A stretch of DNA of 64,000 nt from Lama glama (GCA_028534125.1 CM052817.1:99078001-99142000), one strand, 5' to 3'; positions 1 through 15,339 are shown, counted from the first letter of the stretch. A program made the numbers and translations. Notes: generated by a model from the letters alone, not told the origin.

Positions 1-319
1 AATCAAGAAGTTCAATAGATTCCATCTCCCTACCAACACCTATATCCCTCTGCTCTTGGTCATGTATACTGAAATCTCCTTTAGAACAACTCCCCATCTT
101 ACGTGAATATTTTCATAGGCATAGCTCATGTTCCCACCATGTCACACAACATACACTCCTTCGACCATGCTATGCTGTCTCATGCTTGCATGCTTTCCAG
201 GGCACTGGCCTTCCTATTTGGAAAGCAAACTCTTAATGAGTTTGACAGAGGAGGTGGTAGCAGTGGTTGTATCAGAGTAGTAGTAGACAGTAATACCAAG
301 AAATACAATTTAATTAAAG

Positions 320-530
320 CTCATTATATGCCAGGATCTACACTAAGTACTTCATTTCAATTAATTCTTAAAACGGTACTAAGAAATAGATGTCATTTTC
401 ACCATTTTATAAATTACGAAACAATCTTTGAGAGTTAGACGACTTGGTCAAAATCATTTAACTAGTAAAGTGGTGCAGCCACGTCTACTAGACGTCTAAC
501 ACTGTGCTGTAAGCCACTACATAATACTTC
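320..530 (-). mobile_element. MIR SINE
   Basis: tatgccagg...taagtactt...ccattttataaat.a.gaaac. Confidence 0.5.
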
Positions 531-1509
531 CTCCATGGTGAAACTCTCATCCTTAAAGTCCAAGCAAAGGGCTTGTAAAACCTCTGACTTTCCAAGCAGC
601 TTCAATCATCCTGTTTTGTGATATCACAGACCTAGTACTAATTCCATTTATTTGTAAATGCCTCCCTTACCAGACAATAAATTTCCTTAGGTAGACATAC
701 GTAGTACTTATTCTCATAAGCCTAGAGTACTTAGTACATCATAGAACTCAATAAATGTATACTCAATGAATAAATGATAAGATTAACTATTTAAGCTAAA
801 AACTATTCCTCATTTCACACTCCTTGCTTTTATCATTAGCTTCAAAACTGAATAGAAAATAGATCCCCGAGATTTGCTGAAATAATTGACTTTGTGTCTC
901 AGATCCTGGTAAAGGCATTCAGTGGGGCCATGATCAAGGTTAGTAAAATTTATTGTTCCCAGAGAGAGTAGTTAAAAATAATCTCTCATAAGTATTAAGG
1001 AACTAAGAGTTTAATATTTGGTTCACTTTAAAAGGAACATATTATAAGAGCAAAAATAGTGGATACTTTCCTAGAAATTAGAAAAAATCCTATGAAAGTG
1101 TCATTGTCCTATGATGAATTATTAGCACCTAAAAGAAGTAAAAGTTTTCTGATATCTCACCCCATCCATCCAAAAAGTAAGAACAGATATGTAATGTGAA
1201 TCTTCTAAATTACCTAACATCATTCAATTCTGCTATAAAAGAAAATAAGTGAGATTAAAACCAAAAGAAACATTAAACACTGAGAGCAACACAGTAACTT
1301 ATGGCATATATGTAAAATTCACAGGCTACGTTAAGTAGAGCCAATGAGTAAGGAAGTAGCTCATGAGAGATTTCAAAAGGTGCTAAATACGTAAAGTAAA
1401 TTTAAAGTTAGATATCTGTTAAGAACTGTTAAAGAGAGCACACTGATGACAGAATAAACACACGTATTATTTACAGATGGAAAGAGACTGAAAGACCAAG
1501 TCCTAAAAT

Positions 1510-2375
1510 ATAATCACGCCGACTTTGTTTTAGGTGCTGATATTTCCGCAGGTCTTCAGAGTGAGGCAAGACTGCCTTTCGGTTCCAGACATTCTTTTCA
1601 AGGATGTTTGTATAGAGAACAGTCTTGGAACAGACAGGCAGTGTCTTGCTTCAGAGCAAAGGGCAAGTTTGTTTACTGTTCAGTATAATAAAGATAATGA
1701 TGACCTCTGGGGCAAAGGCCAGACTTCACTGCCCATTGTAAACATTTTGGGTTCCTGAAGACTGAGGTTGCTCAACTGAGATGTAAACTCTCACTGGATA
1801 CACATCTACCTGGGCCTCTGGTCTTGGTCTGCTCAGGCTGCCGTAATACAGTATCACAGAATGGGTGGCTCAAACCTCAGAAATGTATTTCTCACACTTC
1901 TGGAGGCTGAAAGTCCAAGGTCAATGTGCCGGAATATTTATTCCTGGTGAGAGCTCTCTTCCTGGCTTGCAGATGGTTACCTTCCTGCAGTGTCCTCACA
2001 TGGTAAAGAAAGAAAAAGATCTCTCTTCCCCTTCATGGCCAAAGTCCTATCCAATTAGGGTATCAACCTTATGACCACATTAAACCTAATTATCTCCTAT
2101 AGACCTCATCTCCAGATATAGTCACAATGAGAGGTTAGGATTTCAACACATGAATGAGAAAGAATATAATTCAGTCCAGAGCACCCTCCACATTCACCTC
2201 AAAAAACTTGGGGGCAGGAGGAACAGACATTACCATGATGCTCTTTCTCTTTGTTGTGTTGTAAGAAAGGTCTTTGCCTCTGACCCAGGAGTCTCATGTC
2301 TTCTGCCAGCATTCATGAAGTTTTCGCAGGATAAATTGTTAGCTTGCAAGCAGCATAAAAGTTCAGATCCTTGAC
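1510..2375. mobile_element. ERV-type solo LTR interrupted by a MaLR LTR
   Basis: LTR-like sequence at ~1510-1819 resumes at ~2184-2375 after the MLT insert; family not determined. Confidence 0.45.
1820..2183 (-). mobile_element. MLT1-type (MaLR) solo LTR
   Basis: Hallmark gctcaggctgcc.taa...tatttctcaca.ttctggaggctg..aagtccaag and ...aggatttcaacacatgaat. Confidence 0.75.
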
Positions 2376-3279
2376 AGTTCTTGCCACTCTGGATGACAAC
2401 TATGTCAGGCTTAAACGTGGCAAAGAACTATATAACACATTTGGCTGACAGGAATGCAGAGTGTATACTGCTGGTGAAAACATGACATGTGAAACTCTTT
2501 TGGAAAGAAGTTTTACATTATCTATTAAAAATAAAGATAGCCACATTTTTCATAGTGACAAAAATGAAAATGGAAAACAAGACTGTGAAATCCAATGTAT
2601 TTCATTAGGAAAATGGGTGAAAAATTGTGATACACCTTCTTGTTCAGTTACTGAAAAGAATGAATTAAACCCACATCAACTTGACTTGGTTAGATATGCA
2701 GCATCAGCACGTAGCAGAGTGAGAAAAACAACACACCATGAAGTGTATGTTACAGGATTTCATTTTTGTAAATCAATAAATTCCCCAAGAACACAAGTTT
2801 ATATGAAAATGGAGAGAAATATGAAAGATTACATACTAGATTGTTAATATATGTTAAGTGTCAGAGAAGAGGATCTGGGAGGTAGGAGATGGGGGTGAGG
2901 AGAGCCAAGAAAAGAGGGGGAAACAGCTTAAAAATAAAACCCAAAAGCAACAAAGACAACCACTGAGTTGATTATATTTATAATAAAACAATATGTGCAT
3001 GCATAAAAACATTTATTAAAATCTGAATGAGAAAAGGCAGGTCATTTTTTTTTTTTTACTATATTATGTTAGCAATTTTTGGATATTGTTATGGAGGACA
3101 AGAGTCACTTTTCCTTTCCTTTCTTTCAGTAGTTTCTGGAGTTCAACCTATTTACCTTTTTTCTCCTTTAAAGTTTCCAAAATCTTTTCTTCCCCCTCCT
3201 CTCCGTCCTCTTCCTCCTTCTTCTAAATGTACAGAGAGCTATTTGGGTTATCTATTTCTAATTAAATGAGCTTTGGGAG

Positions 3280-6230
3280 TTTCAGACTTTCTAGGAATTT
3301 ATTCATTTGACCTCAGTTGTCAAAATTAAGATCTATAATGATGTCCTCACCTTCATCCCCAATATTGGTAATTCTGTTCTCTTTCTTTTTTATCAATCTG
3401 CTTAGATGTTTTCTTCCTTCATCTGTACATTTCTTTTAAAGAATTTGTTGTTTAAAAGATCTGATGACTTTCCAGATATGTTTCTAATTTTGATTTCTAG
3501 TTTTATTGCATTGTGAATAGAGATATAATCTCTAGAATTCAAATTCTGTCAAATTAACACACCTTTTCTTATGATCCAACAAATAGTCTTCACAGTAAAC
3601 TTTTCATCTCCACTTGTAACTTCTGGAGTTACTAAGCATAATGCCTTATTAATGTCAATTAGATCAAATTGGTTGACAGTGTTGTTTAAGTCTTCGATAT
3701 AGCTTCTGACTTTATGCCTATTGTTCAATTACTGAGGGAGAAATTTTAAAATCTCCAACTATAATTGTGAATTTATTGCTCCCTTTAGTTTCTTCAGGCT
3801 TTGCTTCCCATTTTACAATTTCTATTATTTGATGCTGTATCAGTTTCCTATTGCTGCTACAAGTTGCCACAAACAGTGCCTTAAAACATGCAAAATTATC
3901 TTATAGTCTTGGAGGTCAGAAGTCTGAAATAGGTCTCAATGGGCTAAAACAAAACAAGTCTGAATTCCTTCTGGAGGCTTGCGGGGAGAATCTATTTCCC
4001 TGTCTTTCCACCTTCTAGAGACTCCCTGCATTCTTTGGCCAACAAGCCCCTTCTTCCTCCATCTTCAAAGCCAACAGCATAGAATCAGAATCTTTAGATC
4101 TCTCTCTCTGACTGACTTCTGCTTCTGATGTCACATTTCATTCTCTAAATGCTCCTATCTCTTCTTTCTCCTATAAGGACTGTTGTACTTACACGGGGCA
4201 GACCCAGATAATCCAGAATAATCTCCCCACCTCCAGATGCTTAATTTAATCAGCCCTGCAAAGTCCCTTTACCACGTAGGGTGCATTATACACAGGTTCT
4301 GTGGACTGGGATATGGACATCTTTGGGGAATTCCTATTCTATCTACCACAAACACACACACATTTAGGACTGTTATACCTTCTTGACAAATTGGACCTCT
4401 TACTGTGAAATGTACTTCATCTCTGTCAGTATTCCTGAAATATATTTTATCTATTTTTAATATTGGGATTCCAGGTTTCTTATGATTAGTGTTTGCATGT
4501 GAGATGTATTTGTTATCATCCTTCTGTCTACAGATTTAATTACATCTTTTGTAAACACACACTTGTATCTTACTTTTAATGAGCTTGAAGATCTGTTTTT
4601 AAATGTTCAATTTTAATTAGATCATTTACATTTAAGGTAATTACTGATATAATTAGGTTTAAGTCCACCTTTTTATTTGTTCTTTGATTCTTTTTTTTTC
4701 TTCTTTTAAACTTCTTTTGGATTAATTTTTTTGTATTCCATTTTACCTCTTGTATTGGTTTACTATCTATACCACACTTTCATTTTTTAATGATTATTTA
4801 TATTTCTTTCAAGTTTAACCTCAGATAATGATCTATCTCCTTGACATATTATATAAGAATCACAAAACAGTATATTCCTTCCCCCCAAACCCTTTGTAGT
4901 TTCTTCCTGTTTTCTGAGCTATAGTCATTCCACATACCTTACAAACTCCACAATATATTATCATATTGACCGTAAACTGTTACATCTTTTAAAGAAATTA
5001 AGAAACAAGGAAAATATCTATTAAAAGTTTGTTTTTTAATATTTAACCTGCTCACTTTCTTCTGATAATTCCATTACATGCATGTTTGAGCACTTGACAT
5101 TGTCCCATAGCTGACAAATGTTCTGTTCATTTTGTATGAGTTTTTTTCCTTTCTGTACTTCATTTAAATAGTTTCAGTTGCATTGTCTTTAGTTTAACCG
5201 ATCTTTTCTTTTACAGTATCAAATAAAATGTTAAGCCTATCAAGTTAAGTTTTCAGTTCAAATACCGTAATTTTAGTTTTAAAACTTGATTTCATTCTTT
5301 TTTATAGCTCCCATTTTTGTACTGAGATTCCCCATGGGCTTATTTTGTTCATGTTTTCCATTAAATATCTGCATGTATTCATAATAGCTTTTTTTTAAAC
5401 ACGGTTTTTTTATTTTCTTCATTTATTTATTTTTATCATTAATTAAACTCTAGATTATATTATGCTTTCACCACTTTTACCATTAATGTACCCTTTCTAT
5501 TCCAGGATTCAATTAAAAAAATACATTGTATTTAGTTTTCATGTCCCCTCAAGTCTCCTCTGGTCTGTGATAGTTTCTCAGTCTTGCCTTGTTTTTCATA
5601 ACCTTAACAATATTGAAGAGTACTGGCCAGAAATCCTGTAAACTGTTCACAGTCTGGGTTTTCTGGTGCTTTTCTCATGATTACAGTAGGGCTATGGGTT
5701 TTTATTAATAATATCATAGAGGGGGTTATATGATATTCACACATTACTGATAACAGTAACCTTCACCACTTGGTTAAAGTAGCATTTGGCAGATTTTTCC
5801 ATCGTAAAGTTAACTATTATTCCTTTCTCTTACTCTGTTCTTTGGAAGCTGTTACTAAGTCTAGTCCACCCTTGGAAAGAGGTGAGCAGAGTGAAACTAA
5901 GTTCCATCTTCTGGAATGGGGAGTATCTATTTATTTTTCCACACTCACATACAGCCTTCTTAATTCCATAATCTCCATCATTTCTGGGACCCTTGCTATT
6001 AAATAATTGTTCTCCCGGAATCACATTTTCCTGCTTACGGGCTTGCCTTTCAATTTTTTTATATATTGGATATTATGGACTCACAATTATTTTGCTTAGA
6101 TTATCTTGTCTTTCTTTGAAGAGGGGTGAAATTTTGTTCTGGCAGATAGTTAATTTACTTGTGAATCAGATGCTTCCTTTTCACATTTGTTTTAGGCTTT
6201 GCTAAGACAAGTATAGATTAGTATTTATTA
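3280..6230 (-). mobile_element. Degenerate L1M fragments
   Basis: T-rich L1 antisense-like sequence (e.g. tagttttattgcattgtg, atctccaactataattgtg) and an L1MC-like 3' piece at ~5450-5930. Confidence 0.55.
3836..4350 (-). mobile_element. MLT1-type (MLT1C/D-like) solo LTR nested in an old L1
   Basis: tgtatcagtttcctattgctgct...ggaggtcagaagtctgaaat...ctaccaca ends. Confidence 0.8.
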
Positions 6231-9200
6231 CCCAAGGACAGAGCAGAGGTCTCTCATAAGGACTTCTTATACTTAGTCTTAAAATGGAGTAACTGGGGTA
6301 GGATAGCGGAAATTGATTTTGCCTTACAATTAGATCACTGATAATCCATACTGTCTTCCTCTGCTGATACTACTTTTCACCAAGGTAAATGATAACCCAT
6401 AGGCATCTTGCAATGTTTATTTCAACACAATTTCACCTTGATAAACAAAAAGGTTGGAGTGGACATGGATGGTACACCCAGGCTAATCTGAATCCTGGAG
6501 TTTCTAAGGGATAACCTCAAGATCAGTGCATGTAAACACTGGTTTCACCATGCTCTACTCAACAGAAAATAAGCAAACTCAATTGGTATTTTGTACATTT
6601 ATAAATAATATGGACTTTGCTTCTTACATCTGACAGTATATTTATCAAGGGCTTCGACAGTGGTAGTTCCACATTTCACTGATAAAGAAATATAATAGGC
6701 AGCATTTTGAGTAAAAAAAAAAATTAAGTATAGTACTTAGGCTAAAGGCAATAATAGTCCCTTCAACCTACAAATGTGGTGTATGTCAAAACACAAGCTA
6801 CAAACTAGCAATTAGCCCCATTGAAACAGTGTTATAAATATTAGTTCAACTCACAGATTAGCTCACAAAGTGCTATTCTGTCCCCAAAGTGACTGAATTA
6901 TATACATTTTCTGAATTGTAATCATCCAAGGCCAAAAGTCTTCTTAGCTTCTAACCATCTCAACTCCGAAACTTGACAGAAGCAATAATTATTATAGAGA
7001 TTAATAATCAAAATTTTCTAAATAAAGAATAGCCTATGCATATCTTAATATTTGTTCAGAAAGTTCAGGATCTCCCCAATACACTGTCCAGTTACACAGG
7101 TCAAATCCTACTAAGAGTAATTTAAAAAAGAATAGATGTTACTGAAAATAGACTTGTATACAACTTTTTCTATTAATGTATATAATATGTCGGCTATAAA
7201 TTGAGAATCAAACAGCATTGTTCTTACTCTGCATATTTGGAAAACTGAACAAAACATTCTGTTTCTGGGCAGCAGTTGACATACTCCTTTCTTCCCCCTT
7301 CTAAGAGAACACATTTCGGTTTAATAGTTTTCCAGTTATATTCTTTTTTTCATAGTCCCAAAGATTCATTACTTTGATGATCATTTATCAGAGTCTCAAG
7401 TCCAATCTATAATACCCACTGAGATAGCAAATAATTCAGCCTCAGTGACGGTGTGTGTGAAAATGGGCTGTGTCCTAGATAAATGGCCTAACTGCCTCTG
7501 ACACAGATTAGATCATCATTCAAACTAACCACAGATCTCTACAACAAATATGAGGAAACGCAGGGTCGCTTTAGCTGATGTTCAGTGTTAGTGGCGACTC
7601 TTCCTTTTAGGTAGTTACAACACTATCACAAAACCATCGCATAGGCTTGAAAAACCAAGATTCAGTAATACAGTAATAGAGACATTTCGTAAGTTTTACA
7701 GACCACCAACTGTTCAATATATACCTACATCTGACTTCTCTTTTTAACGTTAGAGCATCTTCTAAATCTCTGCTATTTCAATCTAACTTAAACTTGTATA
7801 AACTATATTATGCTAAGGTTTCAGCCAAGAAAAGCATGTATCTCTTTCCATATTCAAATAAGCTTTTTTGTATTCCTCTTAAATTTCTATTTTCTTTCCA
7901 TTTGTCTTATTATTAGAAGAAAGAAGTCAACATTTTTGACAGAGGGAGGCTGGCTGGCTATCTGGAAAGTTCCTTACAGGGCAGAATTACCTTGGTAAAT
8001 TCAACAGAGTCCAGAGTTTACTCACTAATCTTACAGGTTCAGAAACAGAAACAAAACAAGATTCATCTGTCAGGGATAGAATCCTATTAACCAAGTACAC
8101 AAAGATCAAAATATAGAAAAATGACTTTAAAACCTATAGAAAGCACAATTACTGATGAGAAGACTAGACACAGACTACATTCTTTACCTATAGGGAAAAA
8201 AGGATGATTAAATTCAAAACGACAGTTTATTAATATGAAATAAGAAATATAATAGCTCACTTCTGGTTAATCTTGGCAAAATGACCATAAATTTTTCTCT
8301 TCTATTGCCCTATGGCAGACCTTAAAGGTTAGATCACTTAACCTCCTTTTCCAACCCTCCCCTTCCTTGCTTTCCTTGATAAGACAGGTCTCTCTTCCTC
8401 CATAATGCCCTCTCTTGCAGCTAAAGACTGTCTGATTAATGAGATATATAAACTTGCAAAGAGAGATAAACTGTTGGAGAAGTATCATTTTCTCAATAAA
8501 GATGTGCTGTTGTATCTTTTCTTCCCTCTTTTAAAACTTTTTATTATGAAAATTTCAGACATACACAAAAATAGACTTACTCTATGTACCCATCATGGAA
8601 TTTTAAGAAGTTTGCCAATTTTGCATCCTCTCTCTCCTATGTGAATTTCTTCTTTGGGTAGTATTTTTCTTCTGTGGTAATTTTAAAGTAAATAATTGTA
8701 ACATTCACCCACAAATCTGTCATATGGCTCAACAGTTGAAGAGATTTCTTTTTAATTAACCAAATATGTCATTATTACATGTAACAAAAGTAATAATTCC
8801 TTAACATTATTCATATGTAAAAAATCCCATCTCAAAAAAATACGCTTTTCTTTTCCTTTTAACTGGTTCCAAATCATAATGAAACAAAGTCCACATATTT
8901 CAGCTGACTGATACGTCTTTCACGTTTTTATTCTATGAGAATCTCTCTTCTCTTCGTATCATTTTTAAAAAAGAAACTGGGTTATTTATTCTATAAAACT
9001 TCCCACATTCTGTATTTGGCTGTTTCTTCATGGTATCATTTAATTTGTTCCTCTATCCCCTATTCCTGAAATCAACCATTTCCCCAAAATGAGATGCAAC
9101 TATCTCATGGAATCTGCTCAATGATTTACAGGGAAGTTTTGCATTCTAAATAAAGAGAATGTTCCTTTTGGTAGAAAATGGTATTTAGAGACCAAAACCT

Positions 9201-9728
9201 AAGCAATGGGGGTATTCACTGCTTCCAGGTCAACTTCAGCAGAAAGAACTAAGAAACATATGCATTGGGGTACCCCAGATCACTGCAGCAAACTGACAAG
9301 GGTACTGCAGGTTACTTTAAACTTCGGAGGAACACAGCAGCAATTGACATCTATCAAATGTCATTTAAACTACTAGCTTGAGATGTTAGATCACATGATA
9401 TTTCCTTCAATCATGTCACACTTCTACAAAACTGAGTTTCAACAGCAACAGTGAGGATAAAGACCCAGAGTCATGTTAAAATCAACGTAGAAAAGGAAAT
9501 GAGAACAGAGATAGCCAACATGATTTCAAGGTTAGAGGATGCTGCACAATTCCAAAGCGGTACACACATCCCATTAATAATTATGGTTATTTGGGAATAA
9601 AAGAAAAATATTTTTCTTTTAATTTATCTGCATTTTTTTTCAAACAACCACTACATAGATACTTTATAAGTCGCCTGGATCTAACTATTTAATAAACAGA
9701 GTTGTTAAGTATTTCTTTTAGCCTAGAG

Positions 9729-9948
9729 TAGGGTTTCAGACCTCAGCACTATTGATATTTCAGATGAGCTCCTTGTTGTGGGCTGCTGTATCTTGTGCAT
9801 AGAAAATGTTTAGCAGGGTCCCTGGCTAGATACTAGTAGCACTCCTCCAGCTGCAACAATCGAAAATGTATTTAGACATTGCCAAATTTTCCATCAGATG
9901 GGAAAAGGCGGAGATAGGGTTAAAATCACTCCTGGCTGAGAACCAATG
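9729..9948. mobile_element. MER20 (hAT-Charlie MITE) with 8-bp TSD, nested in an older DNA-transposon-like segment (~9270-10020)
   Basis: cctcagcactattga...tttagacattgccaaat...tgagaacca; TSD GCCTAGAG at 9721-9728 and 9949-9956. Confidence 0.75.
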
Positions 9949-11599
9949 GCCTAGAGTCACTGTAAAAAATATTACTGAAACATTAAGGGTATCATGGGTC
10001 AAGGAGGCTTGGGAAACTGATGTACTTTTTAGGGGAAAAAAAACCCCAAACATGAGTTAGTATTAATCTTTAATGGAATCTTTAAATTCTTTGATTTTAT
10101 ATTTGAATGTTTTTCTTATGCTGAAAATGCTGGTTCCTAATAGTAATAATAATTTATATAAGTGCTTCTTCACTTTATTTTGGAAAACACATATAATACT
10201 TTCAAAAAGGCAAACCAATATTATGTGAAAACAGTAAGTTGAAGAATTCCTTTATAAATTTTACTCTTAATACATATCCAACTACAAACATACAATTAGA
10301 ATACTTTTAATGTTACTTGAAATGATTTTTATCGAATCATTATCGGTGTAGTTTTGCCACGAAATTAACATATAGTTAAGTGCATTTACTTCCGAGTGTT
10401 TGATTTTCATTCCTGTTTTCCTGCTTGTGACATATCATCCTGCAATCATGAGGAGACAGGCATGAGAACATAAGACAGTGTGCAGTAACTGGAGGAACAG
10501 AAAAAGCCCGGATAACTGAAATCATAACTGAACAGCTGAACCATATCAGTAACTATCTGGCAGGTGAGAAATAAAATTCTTATTTATGTAAAATACTTTA
10601 GTTGGGGTTTTAGTTAGTTGCAGCCAAATGCCTTCATATCTTCATATCAAAAAATCTAAACCTCAATAAAATTATGAATAAAAAGTCATTGACTTAAAGA
10701 ACAAAAGGAGTGTAAGAAGGAAGACTGAGGTAAAGAGACTTGAGTAACACTTCAAAAGACGTTAAGATACACACCAGTGGTCACTGGTGAGAGGAATGAA
10801 GTCACAACCTAAATAAATAGTCACCAAGAGGCCTGCGGTAAAAAGTCACCTAATTCACTCTGCAAATCTCCTCCAAACTCTCAGCCTTTCAACATACTAA
10901 GGAACATAGAAAATAAGTTCATAAAAAGAGGAAGACAGATTGTAAGTCTACAGTGACTAGAAGGACCCCAAATCTCTCCAACCTGAAGATTTTTCTTTTC
11001 CTATTTTTCTCTCCTGTCTCTTCTCCCATGGAAAACCCGATGTTCATTTGCTGAGCAATTAGGAAATCATTTCCACAGTGGGAAATCAGTATAAGATGCA
11101 TGGATGCCACAAAGCACATAAGAGAAAGTCAACATACTTTCCACTCCCCACTATTTGTTCTCTGACTACCAGCAGGCTCATTATGCTCCTCTACCCCTTC
11201 CAACCCCAATACACACAACCCTCACATCGCGTAAAAAGGATCCTTACTAAGAGAATCTGAATGCTTCCTAAGAAAAAGCGTTCACATAATGATACTTGAC
11301 TGGGTTTGACAATGGACAGGATGGCTTACGGGCTGGTAAGGCTATAGAAAATGCCCAAGAAACATAACTGAATATAAAAACAGAGCTTCCAATTAGGTTT
11401 TGAAGGGCTGCAGTCAACAGCCAGGAATCTCCTATAATCTGAGGAAAGACTCGAATATGACAAAGATTGAAAGAAATAGAAAAAAATAAATTCAGAAGGA
11501 AAAAAGAGAATTCAGTGAACAGAATGCAACATTTAAAAAAAAAACCAACAGTATCTAATAGAAGCTCTTACGACCATATAAGAAAGGTAGGATGCTACC

Positions 11600-12330
11600 C
11601 CTCTCTCTAAAAAAGGAATAAAGGAAAACAAAAGAACTCTTTATATTTAAAATTCTGAGTGAAAAACAACAGGTTTCAGTGAAAAGATTGAAAGATAAAG
11701 TTGAGAAAAATCTCACAGAAATAGAACTGGTTAAAAAAAGAGAGAGAAACAGGAAAGAAAATACAGAATAATTAAAAGATGAATCCGGGATAAACAACAT
11801 TCCAGAAAAAGAGAGAAAATAGGAGGAAATAATTAAAGGAAAAAAATTTCAGGTCAAAAACTGAAAGCCACAAGTCTCAAGATATAAAGGATCTACACAG
11901 TGCCCACAACAATGAATGAAGTAAGACCCACATTGAGGCAAATAATTAAAAAATTACACTGGAGATAAAGATCCCAAGATTTTCCAAAACAAACAAATAA
12001 ACAAAAAAATCATAGTCAAAAGAATAATAATAAGAATGAACTAACACTTTTCAATAGCAGCAGTGGAAGAGTTAGGCAGATTTCAAAATTCTGAAGTAAA
12101 GTGATATTCAAGCTGCAATTCTATACCCAGTCAAACTATCAAGCATAAATGAAGACTAAACATCATTTCAGATACTGAAAAACTCCAAGAAAAAAAAATC
12201 ACACCCCCATGCACTTCTTAGGACGTCAACAGAGGATGAGCATTAGCAAAACAAGGGAGCAATACGCAAAGGAAAAGGAAGAGTGAGATCTAAGAGACAG
12301 AACCCAATGCGGCATAAACTTTAAAATGAG
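11600..12330 (+). mobile_element. Ancient L1 ORF1-region fragment
   Basis: Very A-rich; motifs gaaagataaagttgagaaaaatctc and aattctatacccagtcaaactatc typical of old L1 ORF1. Confidence 0.55.
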
Positions 12331-13417
12331 AGCAATAAGCCAGGCCCGAAAGGCGAACAGTCTGGGAGGCTGGGACAGAAAAGTGGACGACAACTAAAAT
12401 GTGCTGGAAATTGCTTGTTTACCCTCAGCACTACCCCTGCTCTTCTAAGCTCTATCCTGGATAGAAGGAACTGAAAAGTTACAAAGTATGTTTCCCATAT
12501 CCCTTGCTGGCAGGTTTTTGTTAAGAGCCCACAGTGAAAGCACCCGTACAAAATTTAGCTGGCAGAAGCAAACGAGAAGTCAGTATTCTCTAAGGTCCCC
12601 AGAAGGCAGAAGCAGTGGCTCCCAGGTGCTAAACACAATTGATAGTAGTAGTTGTGGTCTATCTGCAATTCCTTACTGTGACATTCTTAAAAACTGACAG
12701 TGGTTTTCCACTTGTGTTAGTCTCTAATTCCAAGTATTAAATTCCTTTCTTTTTGAATTATAGAAAATATTTTGTTGTTCTAATCTAACCCTGACTAATC
12801 AGGATCCATTAGGCAACAATACAGAAGTGATGGATCATTTGATAACCATTATGGTTATCCCATGACCATTTTTACATAGCCACTATATTGTACACTCAAC
12901 TTTTGACTTAAGATTGTGATATACCTGTATTTGGAGGATAAAGACAGAGGAAATCGTCTGTGAGGAATATGACCATAGTGACACATTCTCAATTTCCACA
13001 AAAAGGAAGTCTATGCATAAATGTTTAAAGTTGATAAGTTTTTTAAAATAGCAGCATATGTCCATATCTTTTTTTTTTTTTTTAAAGGCAGAAAGGTTAA
13101 CTTAGAGGAGTGGGTCAAGGCATAGGACAGAGGATTGCTTTTAGGTAACAAAGAGCATGTCAGCAACACTAGATCTTTTAGGTAGGTAACAGCTTACTTT
13201 CTTAAAAATAAAAAGGATTTTAAAAAAGAGGTTAGTAAAGAAAAAACACCAGAAATAAGAAACAGAAAAAAAGTTTTAAAATAAACACAAAATACAGTTG
13301 TAAAGTAACTGGAATCTTCAGACTTCGGAGTAAGACATTACTCCTTCTATATCTATTTACAGGAGAGGCCAAACCACAATCAGATTCTTTTTCTGGTGCT
13401 CATAGAATCAAACGAAG

Positions 13418-13518
13418 GATGAAAATGAATATAAGTATGTACATGCACAACTGGGACATTATGCTGTACACAAGGAATTGACACATTGTAATTGACTGTA
13501 CTTCAATTAAAAAAAAAA
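13418..13518 (+). mobile_element. 5'-truncated L1 3' end with poly(A)
   Basis: Shares the ...tgctgtacac..aattgacacattgtaa..gact..acttcaa(A)n motif with the two copies below; TSD AGAATCAAA(C/T)GAAG (13404-13417 / 13519-13532). Confidence 0.8.
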
Positions 13519-15339
13519 AGAATCAAATGAAGCAAGTTGAGCAAAATAACTTAACTGAAATTCCCTTAGCTTCCCATCTGCCTCTACAGTGGGACCAAAC
13601 ACACCACCTGGACTTAAAAGTATGGAGGTTGCTCCCCTACAAAAAGAGCATACAGTTGTGCATCACATATCAAATAGATATAATAACAATAGGCAGTTCC
13701 AGAGAGTCCTGTAATTACTCTGTTTATGCTTCCAGTTGCCCAGTGCCCCCAAATGACAGGTTAATTGGCACAAGTAGGTTTGTGTGTCTGTAAAAATAGG
13801 GTTTAGATTAAGACTAGCTGATCTGGAAGCTATTCAACCTTTATAGTGAGTATATATATTTCTTCTTTAATCTATTTTGTGCTGATCTAAAAGTTAATTT
13901 CCCATTGTTTCCAAGTTTTTGTTTTCTCTAGGAAGTTAGTTAACTTGGTGGGAGTAGTGATGTCACTGATCCCCCATGGACAACAAACATGAATTATTAG
14001 CTTATGTTTAAATGAAGCCAAGTGAACTCTAACGATCAGTACATTTTTTCTATTTTTTATTAGGAACAATTTCAAATTTACATCCAAAGTAGAGAGAAGA
14101 CTGTAATGAATTCATATGCACCTCATTACCTAGACTGAATAATTATCAATTTTGCCAATCTTGTTTTCTCTATTCCCAAGCATACTTTTCTTTCTTGAGT
14201 ATTTTAAAAACTAATGCCAGATACCATGTCATTTCACAATCCTTGCATTCAAAAATCCAAAAGATGCTATCTTTGCTGACTGTGGCAGGAATTAACATTT
14301 GAATAGATAATTGAATCTTTTGATACTGAATATCTGAATAGACTCTTTTGGCATAAGGTGAAAGAAACACATCTTAGGTAATGTGATTTATTCTCTTCAT
14401 GGCTCATATAAAAATTCAGAAGATGATTTAAGAGAATTGCCCATCCTCAGGCATGATACATAAAGGTTGTTAGTCCTTCAGGACATCTATTCTCTATGAA
14501 GGTACAAAAGTGTTAAAGATCAGAAAAGTTTGGAGAAAACAAGGAGAGAAATAAAGTCATCTAGGAAAAGAATCATCAAGGGAACGGGAAAAATGAATTT
14601 GGAGACAAACATTAAATTACCCAGGAACCCGGGCTGCCTGAAAAAGATTTAATTACTATAACAGACATTGTCAGGGCCTGCGCACGTCCCTCAGAACGTA
14701 AAGCATCCTCCTGCAGACTTCCATGTACCAGTATCTACGTCTCAGTGCCTGAGGGTTCTGTACCTGAGGGCACTCCTGGCTCTACTTGGAAACTTTAACT
14801 GGAATAACTCTCAGATGTTGGTATATAAATATCACAGCTCCATCAATTCTCAGAAGGGATAATTCTGTGACATATTTTTCACTATTTTCAAAGATTTCTA
14901 TAGAACTCCCTTCAGGATCTGTCTTAATAGATGCCCATCAAAGTCTCCCTTTCTCTGTGTCATTTTCCAACTTCCCTACTGGTGGCACTTGAATTTCCAA
15001 AACAAAGTACTTGCACTTGAACCCCTGTATCAGCATCTCGATCTGGGGAAAACTGAATGAAGACAATTACTGAACAGGATTCTTTTCTTGCTCTTTTAGG
15101 TTTTAGATGAACAAGAAGAGAAGAGAAAGACCCTGTGGTAGATGCTTACATACATTATATCTCATTAAATCGCGAGAACAACAATGTAAGGTAAGAATTA
15201 TACAGATAGGGGAGCTCAGAAAGTTGTGTCTGTAGCCTCCCTGTTGAGATTTGAATGTAGGAATAAGCTAAGGTTAGGAAAAGTACCAGCGATGTGAGTT
15301 AATTATACCTGAATCTCCATATGCCCCCTTTCCCAAGAA

